Assembly: GCA_037440625.1 (NCBI GenBank)
Contig: JBBITT010000017.1
Location: forward strand, 1,767-65,766
DNA length: 64,000 nucleotides
Origin: Chloroflexota bacterium
Lineage (GTDB): Bacteria > Chloroflexota > Anaerolineae > UBA4142
Reading direction: 5' to 3'
The notes under the pieces were generated by a model that ran no database searches, was not told where the DNA came from, and saw nothing but the letters and a program-made list of their open reading frames with translations. Made by a program: the position numbers and the translations under genes. Positions 18,066-25,206 of the stretch are shown piece by piece. Numbering within the stretch: position 1 is the stretch's first letter; each line of letters starts with the position of its first letter.

Positions 18066-19157
18066 ATGAAAATCCTCCACGTCTATAAAGATTATTTTCC
18101 GGTGGTTGGCGGGATTGAAAATCATATCAAGATGCTGGCAGAAGCCCAAGTGGCGCGCGGACACACAGTCAGCGTGTTGGTCACCAGCCGAGACCATCAC
18201 ACGCACATCGAGTATCTCAACGGCGTGCGCATCATTTTTGCCTCACGCCTTGCCACAATTTCTTCTGCACCCCTCAGCCTCGCCTTGTTCGATTTAATTC
18301 GCCGCGAATCGCCGGACGTAACGCATTTGCACTTTCCGTACCCGCTCGGCGAAATGGCAAACTTTTTTTTCGGACGTGCGCGCAAGACAATCCTCACGTA
18401 TCACAGCGACATTATTCGACAAAAATTTTTGCGCGTGCTATATCATCCGTTGATGGAGCGCATGCTTGCGCGCGCGGACCGCATTATCGCGACGAGTCCA
18501 AACTATATCGTCTCGTCGCCGGTCTTATCGCGTTACCAAAACAAATGCGTTGTCGTGCCGCTCGGCATTGATCCTGCTCCGTTTGAAAATGGGGTGCCAG
18601 CCAAATCACGTGTTATGCCTCACGCCTCACTTTTGTTTGTCGGTCATTTGCGCTATTACAAAGGCATCCACTATTTGCTTCAAGCGATGCGTGAGGTTCC
18701 GTGCGCGCACTTGACGATTGTGGGTACGGGACCGATGGAACGCGCGTGGCGCGAGTTGGCACAACGTTTGAACGTGAGCGACCGAGTTAGTTTTGCCGGC
18801 GTGGTGAGCGATGCCGAGTTGCCGGCGTACTACGCGGCGGCGGATCTTTTTGTGTTGCCAGCGTCGGAACGGAGCGAAGCGTTTGGCGCGGTGCAACTCG
18901 AAGCGATGGCAGCAGGCAAGCCGGTCATCTGTACCGAACTGGGAACGGGAACTAGTTTTGTGAACATCCACGAAGAGACCGGCTTGGTTGTGCCGGCACG
19001 TGATGCACACGCGCTTGCAGCGGCGATCCATCGGTTGCTGGCTGACCCGGCGTTACGCGTGCGAATGGGAAACGCCGGGCGCGCCCGCGTGCAATCCGAA
19101 TTTACTTTGGAAAAGATGGTTGAGCGAGTGCTGGAGGTGTACCAAGCCGTGCTGTGA
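18066..19157 (+). CDS. GT4 glycosyltransferase
   Basis: MKILHVYKDYFPVVGGIENH, LLFVGHLRYYKG, LPASERSEAFGAVQLEAMAAGKPVICTE. Confidence 0.8.
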   Translation: MKILHVYKDYFPVVGGIENHIKMLAEAQVARGHTVSVLVTSRDHHTHIEYLNGVRIIFASRLATISSAPLSLALFDLIRRESPDVTHLHFPYPLGEMANFFFGRARKTILTYHSDIIRQKFLRVLYHPLMERMLARADRIIATSPNYIVSSPVLSRYQNKCVVVPLGIDPAPFENGVPAKSRVMPHASLLFVGHLRYYKGIHYLLQAMREVPCAHLTIVGTGPMERAWRELAQRLNVSDRVSFAGVVSDAELPAYYAAADLFVLPASERSEAFGAVQLEAMAAGKPVICTELGTGTSFVNIHEETGLVVPARDAHALAAAIHRLLADPALRVRMGNAGRARVQSEFTLEKMVERVLEVYQAVL

Positions 19158-19210
19158 ACTTGCTTTATGGCGAGATGTGTGCAATCAAACTAACGTTCGA
19201 TGAAAAGGAA

Positions 19211-19274
19211 GGTTCGTAGTACGGCGATTGATCGCCACGTTGATGCAGCGCGATGAATCGCACGACTACAAACC
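19211..19274. repeat. Structured dispersed repeat, copy 2 (GGTTCGT...ACAAACC family)
   Basis: ggttcgtagt-acGGCGATtgATCGCC-acgttgatgcagc-GCGATgaATCGC-acgactacaaacc; two internal mini-hairpins closed by an outer stem. Confidence 0.55.
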
Positions 19275-19411
19275 TGAAACTTGCCCCTAAACTGAAATGC
19301 ACCCGTCATCACTCGCAATTTGAATCTACGGTGTGTTTAGGGTAAAATTAAAGGGACAAAGGTGCTTGCCATACTTGGCGTTGAGTCGCAACAATGTTCT
19401 TGGAGGAAATT

Positions 19412-20287
19412 GTGCAGCAAAACATCCGGCAAAAATTCTTCTCCGTCTTAATTGCGCTCATTCTCGGTTTGGCTTGGCTCGGTATCGTTGCGCCGGCGCA
19501 GGCGGTTACAGGTGGCACCGGCACAATCCGTCTGACCGGCTTGGGGATCACGTACACACAAAATTTTGACACGCTGGCTTATACGACGCAAACAACTCAT
19601 ACGCTCTCGATTGAAGGGTGGTATTTGGACGAGACGAGTACCAATGCAAACGGCTTGTATGCAGGCGGGACCGGCTCTGCCACTACTGGCGATACGTACA
19701 GTTTTGGAACGAGTGGTAGCACGGAACGCGCTTTTGGGACATTGTTGAGCAACTCGCTCACGCCGATGATTGGCGCGCAATTTACCAACAACACCGGACA
19801 AACCATCACAACGCTGTCCATCACCTACACAGGAGAGCAATGGCGATTAGGACAAAGCCGGGCAAGCCCGCCCGATCGCTTGGATTTTCAACTCAGTACG
19901 ACGGCTATCACGATCACGGCGCCCATTACTTACTGGGTGGATTACGACGCTCTCGATTTCTCTAGCCCGGTCACAAGCGGCACGGTGGGCGCGCTGGATG
20001 GGAATGCCGCCGCCAACCGCACGACTCTCAGTTACACCATCACGGGCTTGAGCATTGCCAATGGGGCATCGTTTTGGATTCGCTGGGTGGATTGGAATTT
20101 GAGCCCGGGTGCCGATGATGGACTTGGCATTGATGATTTTTCGCTCACGCCCAACAACCCAACCGCTGTAACGCTCTCTAATTTCAGTGCAATTCCTCTC
20201 GAAACCGGAGGGCTAGGATGGATTTTGGGTGGCTTGGGCGTGGCAGGATTGATGCTTGTGATGCGCCCGGTTGTCCGTCGTGAGTGA
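19412..20287 (+). CDS. Secreted beta-rich surface protein with C-terminal TM anchor and basic tail
   Basis: GTG 19412 after GGAGGA; signal peptide ending APAQA; Thr/Gly-rich body; C-terminus TAVTLSNFSAIPLETGGLGWILGGLGVAGLMLVMRPVVRRE. Confidence 0.6.
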   Translation: MQQNIRQKFFSVLIALILGLAWLGIVAPAQAVTGGTGTIRLTGLGITYTQNFDTLAYTTQTTHTLSIEGWYLDETSTNANGLYAGGTGSATTGDTYSFGTSGSTERAFGTLLSNSLTPMIGAQFTNNTGQTITTLSITYTGEQWRLGQSRASPPDRLDFQLSTTAITITAPITYWVDYDALDFSSPVTSGTVGALDGNAAANRTTLSYTITGLSIANGASFWIRWVDWNLSPGADDGLGIDDFSLTPNNPTAVTLSNFSAIPLETGGLGWILGGLGVAGLMLVMRPVVRRE

Positions 20288-20332
20288 CTGTGCCGAGTCG
20301 CATTGACAGAGACCTATTTCCTCCGCAGAGAT

Positions 20333-20372
20333 AAACACCCGGTTGGCTTGACCACGCCGGGTGTTTGCTTTT
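20333..20372 (+). terminator. Rho-independent terminator after the surface-protein gene
   Basis: aaacacccgg-(14 nt)-ccgggtgttt followed by gcttttcc. Confidence 0.65.
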
Positions 20373-20381
20373 CCGCGATAA

Positions 20382-20411
20382 TTTGCGCGCCGTTGGCAAC
20401 CGTCGTATAAT
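20382..20411 (+). promoter_or_regulatory. Candidate promoter TTTGCG-18-TATAAT for the Wzy-TPR operon
   Basis: tataat at 20406..20411, 27 nt before ATG 20439. Confidence 0.35.
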
Positions 20412-20438
20412 GGCGCAAACTTGTTTGCGGGAACGTGA

Positions 20439-23400
20439 ATGGGAACTCGTCTCTCAACTTTTTGCGATAAACTTTTGGAAGCCGGCTGGCTGGTGGCGCT
20501 CATCGTTGCGCCGCTCTTTTTCAACATCTATTCTAGCCGCGTGTTCGAGCCGGACAAGATTACGCTGGTGCGCTCGCTGGCATTGGTGATGGTCGGCGCG
20601 TGGCTCATCAAACAAATCGAAACCGGGTTGCCACGCGGCGCACTCCCCGATCTTTTCCGCGCTGTGTGGCAAGCCAACCCGCTAGTTCTGCCCACCTTTG
20701 CCGTCGTGATCGTCTATCTCGTTTCAACGATTTTGTCCGTCGCGCCGAACGTGAGTTTGTGGGGATCGTACCAACGTTTGCAAGGAACGTACACCACGTT
20801 TTCGTACATCACGATCTTTTTCTGCGCCGCGAGTACGCTACGCACGCGCGCGCAACTCGATCGTGCGATCAGTGTCATCATCGCAACGAGTTTTCCGATT
20901 GCGTTGTTTGGCATCCTCCAACATTTCAAACTCGATCCGCTGCCGTGGGGCGGCGACACGACGGAACGCGTCGCCGCCAATATGGGGAACTCGATTTTTG
21001 TTTCCGCGTACCTCATTATGATCGTACCGCTGACGCTCGCGCGCTGGATCGAAACGCTCGGTCGCCTCACGCGCAACCAGCCCCGCCGCTTGACATTCAT
21101 CGGACTTGGTGTGGTCATGTTGTTCGTCCTCCTCGTGGTATGGGCATTCAATTTTGCGTTCGGTATCGGTTTGGCGATTGGATTCATTGGGCTAGCATTG
21201 ATCGCTGGTTTGATGCGCCGACTTGTCTTGCGTGAAGCGTTGCTCGTTGCCACCCTAACGGTGATTCTTGCCACGCAACTGTTGACCATTTTCTTTTCGC
21301 AAAGTCGCGGTCCGTGGCTAGGCTTGGGCGCAGGTCTGTTTGCGTTTGGTCTGCTCGGCGCGTTGATGATTATGCATCGCTTGCCCCAACGATGGCGTGT
21401 GGTTACGTTGAGCGGCATTATCGGACTGGCGGTCTTGGCGATGGCGTTCCTCGTTGTCTTTAACTTACCCGCCTCACCACTCGAATCGCTCAAGCGGGTG
21501 CCGTATGTGGGGCGGCTGGGTCAAATTCTCGATCCCAACTCGCCGACGGCGCGCGTGCGTGAACTCATTTGGCAAGGTGCGCTCAAACTTGTTTTGCCGC
21601 ACGATCCCTTGTGGTCGCCGGTCACGGGCAATGACCCCTTTAATCTCATTCGTCCGTTGGTGGGTTATGGACCCGAAACCATGTATGTGGTCTATAATCC
21701 CTTCTATCCGCCGGAACTGGGAACGTTGGAAGCGCGCAACGCCTCGCCCGATCGTTCGCACAACGAGACCTTTGATTCGTTGGTCATCACTGGCTTGTTT
21801 GGCTTTGGCGCATACATCTTGGTGTTCGTTTCGATTTTTTACTTTGGCTTGAAATCGTTGGGGTTTATTACCACGACGGCGGAACGGAATGTGTTTGTTG
21901 CCTTGTGGCTCGTCACCGGCTTTGCCTTTGCGATTTTCTTTGGTGCGTGGCGCGGTTGGCATTGGATCGGCGTGGCGCTCCCCGCCGGTATGATCGTGGG
22001 CTTTCTCATCTTTCTGGTCGCGGAGGCGGTGCGCCGGTATCGCGCCGGCGGCGCGGTGCCGGAAGCATGGCGATCCTTATGGCTGAGCGCGCTGATTGCC
22101 GCGTTCATCGCGCACTTTGTCGAGATTCACTTTGGCATTGCCATCGTTTCGACGCGCACATATTTTTGGTTTTACGCGGCATTGTTGGTTGTGATTGGAA
22201 TGAATCACATCACCGAACACGCCACCACACCCGCCGCGCCCGAAGAATCGCCGCGTTCAATCGCCACGCGTCGTCGCTCACGTCGCCGCCCCAGCGAACA
22301 CGCGAATGCATCCGCCCCCGCGTCGCGCGAAGTTTCACCCGCCCCGGTCGTTGTGTGGACGATGATCGCCACACTCGTGATGATCACGCTCGCGTTCGAG
22401 TTCATCACCAATCGCACCGGCACACCCAGCCCCATCGAGATGATCAAAGAGTCGCTCTTTTACAAAGACAATCAAGTATCGTACGGCATCTTGGTGTTGT
22501 TCGTGCTGACGTGGGGTGTTACCGGCATCCTGGGTTTGGTGGAGCGTGCCTCAAAAGAGACGTGGCTCTATGATGTGTTGTTGTATTTGATCTTGTCGCT
22601 CACCGCGTTGTTGTGGTTTGTGTTGTTGCAAACGCGCTTGATCACCACCCCCGGCGATCTCACCGAAGCCTTCATCGCGTTGTTGGGCGAGTACTATATC
22701 GCCTTGTTCTTGGTGGTTGCCGTGCTAGCTTTGGCATTGTGGTTCGATCTGGTTCCGCGCCCCACGCTCGCGTTTCGGTCTGGGCTTGGCGCCGTGTTGG
22801 TACCAATCCTAGGGATCGGTTTGCTGTGGGGCGCGATGGTTACCAATTACGATGGCATCAAAGCCGATATTTTGTACAAAGCCGGCACCAACTTGGATGC
22901 GTCGGGGGCGTGGAACTTGAGCGCGCAAGCGTACAAACGCGCCTTCGAGCTACAGCCCGCGCAAGATTTCTATGCCTTGTTCTTGGGGCGCGCGTATTTG
23001 GAAAGTGCGCGCACGAGCACCGATGCAACGCAACGTCAGAAATTTCTTGCCGAGGCAGAAAGCACTTTGCTGCGCGCGCAACGCCTCAATCCGTTGAATG
23101 CCGATCACACCGCCAATCTGGCGCGAATGGAACGGGTCGTCGCTACGTTGATGGACAAGCCCGCCGATCGCGCGGAACATTTCCAACGGTCATCCAAATA
23201 TTACGCCGATACCTTACGGATCAGTCCTTACACCGCGCATCTGTGGAATGAATGGGCGTTGACGTTGATGCAAAGTGGCGATCTGCCGCAAGCGTTGGAA
23301 AAGCTCAATCAATCGCTCCGCATTGATCCAACCTTTGTGCAAACGTACGTGTACTTGGGCGATTATTATTTTTTGGCGCAAGACCCAGCCCATGCCGCCG

Positions 23401-24209
23401 AAAATTATTTCAAGGCATTAGAACGTGATCCCAACGCGCTCTCGGACGCAAATGGTGATTTGCAAGCCAACCCAGCCGCGCTCTTCAAGTTGCCCGAGTA
23501 TGCACCGCGCGCCATCGAGACCTATCGCGTGTTGGCAACCAAGTCTCCTTCCTTGTATCGCATTCTTGCCCAGTTGTATAAACAAAATGGCCAATTGGAC
23601 TTGGCGCGCCAAGCGTTCGAGCAAGCCGTGCGGAGCAACCCCAACGATTGGCTAGCCAGTCTCGATCTGGTCAACTTTTTATCCGAAGTCGGCGATATTG
23701 ATGCGGCGGTCAACGCGATGAAACATTTGATGACCTTGGTGCCGCAGAATCGTCCCGATTACGCGCGCTTTCAGGATTTCTACAACCAGTTGTTGGCACT
23801 GCAACGCGATTTGCAAGCCGCGCAAAAATCACCCAACGATGTGAACGCCCAACGCACTGTGGCGGCACGTTGGAAAGCACGCGGGCAACCCCAATTCGCG
23901 GTACCCGCCTATCAAGCCGTGGCGCGCCTTGTCCCCAACGATTACGATGCGCAAAAAAATCTCGTGTTGCTGAATTTGCAGTTGAATCGTTTGGAGGAAG
24001 CGCAAAACGCGTTGACGGCGGCAGTTGCGCTTGCACCTGAGAGCGACAAACCCTTGTGGCAAAATGTTCAAGTTGCGCTCAATGCCCACAAAGCCGGCAA
24101 GTTTGCCGAAGCGCAACAAGCAGCCCAGGCCGTCCTTGCCTTAGCCGCAGATGCAGACAAGCCGGTGGTGCAAGCCTACCTTGCCTTGTTACAAGAGAAA
24201 GCCAAATAG
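20439..24209 (+). CDS. Giant O-antigen ligase/polymerase-like (Wzy_C) membrane protein fused to C-terminal TPR repeats
   Basis: About 20 hydrophobic helices, SQSRGPWLGLG motif region, Arg-rich linker RRRSRRRPSEH, then about 400 aa of TPR-like helical repeats. Confidence 0.7.
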   Translation: MGTRLSTFCDKLLEAGWLVALIVAPLFFNIYSSRVFEPDKITLVRSLALVMVGAWLIKQIETGLPRGALPDLFRAVWQANPLVLPTFAVVIVYLVSTILSVAPNVSLWGSYQRLQGTYTTFSYITIFFCAASTLRTRAQLDRAISVIIATSFPIALFGILQHFKLDPLPWGGDTTERVAANMGNSIFVSAYLIMIVPLTLARWIETLGRLTRNQPRRLTFIGLGVVMLFVLLVVWAFNFAFGIGLAIGFIGLALIAGLMRRLVLREALLVATLTVILATQLLTIFFSQSRGPWLGLGAGLFAFGLLGALMIMHRLPQRWRVVTLSGIIGLAVLAMAFLVVFNLPASPLESLKRVPYVGRLGQILDPNSPTARVRELIWQGALKLVLPHDPLWSPVTGNDPFNLIRPLVGYGPETMYVVYNPFYPPELGTLEARNASPDRSHNETFDSLVITGLFGFGAYILVFVSIFYFGLKSLGFITTTAERNVFVALWLVTGFAFAIFFGAWRGWHWIGVALPAGMIVGFLIFLVAEAVRRYRAGGAVPEAWRSLWLSALIAAFIAHFVEIHFGIAIVSTRTYFWFYAALLVVIGMNHITEHATTPAAPEESPRSIATRRRSRRRPSEHANASAPASREVSPAPVVVWTMIATLVMITLAFEFITNRTGTPSPIEMIKESLFYKDNQVSYGILVLFVLTWGVTGILGLVERASKETWLYDVLLYLILSLTALLWFVLLQTRLITTPGDLTEAFIALLGEYYIALFLVVAVLALALWFDLVPRPTLAFRSGLGAVLVPILGIGLLWGAMVTNYDGIKADILYKAGTNLDASGAWNLSAQAYKRAFELQPAQDFYALFLGRAYLESARTSTDATQRQKFLAEAESTLLRAQRLNPLNADHTANLARMERVVATLMDKPADRAEHFQRSSKYYADTLRISPYTAHLWNEWALTLMQSGDLPQALEKLNQSLRIDPTFVQTYVYLGDYYFLAQDPAHAAENYFKALERDPNALSDANGDLQANPAALFKLPEYAPRAIETYRVLATKSPSLYRILAQLYKQNGQLDLARQAFEQAVRSNPNDWLASLDLVNFLSEVGDIDAAVNAMKHLMTLVPQNRPDYARFQDFYNQLLALQRDLQAAQKSPNDVNAQRTVAARWKARGQPQFAVPAYQAVARLVPNDYDAQKNLVLLNLQLNRLEEAQNALTAAVALAPESDKPLWQNVQVALNAHKAGKFAEAQQAAQAVLALAADADKPVVQAYLALLQEKAK

Positions 24210-24210
24210 G

Positions 24211-25206
24211 ATGACCACGCTCGTACTCATCTTTGCGACTGCCCTCGTCTTTGCCATAGGCGCAACGCCGATCGCGCGCCGCATTGCTGTGCATACCGGG
24301 ATGATAGACCAACCGAATGCGCGCAAAGTCCACACGACCCCCATTCCCCGTTTGGGCGGCGTGGCGATCTATGGCGCATTTATGCTCGGGCTGATTTTGT
24401 TCGCCGATCGGTTTTACATTCCCCAGTTGATTAGCATCATCGTTGGCGCAACGTGGGTGTCGTTTCTAGGATTGTGGGATGATCGCGTGGGCTTGAATGC
24501 GTGGATCAAACTGTTGGGCCAGGTCTTGGCCGCCGTGTTGCTCATTCTCACCGGCGTTTCGGTGGATTTGGTTCATCAACCTATCGTGGATGCGGCGATT
24601 GCGCTTGTTTGGATTGTGGGCATTACCAACGCGATGAACTTGCTCGATAATATGGATGGCCTCTCCGGCGGCGTGGCTGCCATCGCCTCCGGTTTTTTTC
24701 TGTTGATCGCCTGGCTCAACGGCCAGTATCTGGTGGGCAGTTTGTGTGCAGCACTCTTTGGTGCGTCCATCGGTTTTTTGATTTACAATTTTAACCCCGC
24801 TTCTATTTTTATGGGCGATGCGGGGAGTCTCTTTCTCGGCTTTGTGTTGGCGGCGGTTGGATTGAAATTACGCTTTGTCACGCAACCACTGGCAGAAACC
24901 TGGTTCATTCCGATTCTGGTGCTGGGGCTTCCTATTTTCGATACGACTCTTGTCTTTGTCTCGCGTTTGCGGCGCGGGTTGAATCCGTTGATGCATCCCG
25001 GCAAAGATCACATTTCGCATCGTTTGGTCGAACGCGGGATGACGCGCCGCGAAGCCGTCTTGCTCTTGTATCTCGTGGCGTGTGCCCTCGGCATCATTGC
25101 GATGTTTAGTGTGCGGATCGGGACGTGGCAGGCACAAGGAGTATTTGCGCTGGTCATCCTAGCGGGGCTCGTTGCCTTGTACGAATTTGAATTTCGCCGG
25201 GTGTGA
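24211..25206 (+). CDS. WecA/MraY-family polyprenyl-phosphate N-acetylhexosamine-1-phosphate transferase (initiating enzyme)
   Basis: DQPNARKVHTTPIPRLGG, ITNAMNLLDNMDGL, NFNPASIFMGDAGSLFLGF. Confidence 0.85.
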   Translation: MTTLVLIFATALVFAIGATPIARRIAVHTGMIDQPNARKVHTTPIPRLGGVAIYGAFMLGLILFADRFYIPQLISIIVGATWVSFLGLWDDRVGLNAWIKLLGQVLAAVLLILTGVSVDLVHQPIVDAAIALVWIVGITNAMNLLDNMDGLSGGVAAIASGFFLLIAWLNGQYLVGSLCAALFGASIGFLIYNFNPASIFMGDAGSLFLGFVLAAVGLKLRFVTQPLAETWFIPILVLGLPIFDTTLVFVSRLRRGLNPLMHPGKDHISHRLVERGMTRREAVLLLYLVACALGIIAMFSVRIGTWQAQGVFALVILAGLVALYEFEFRRV

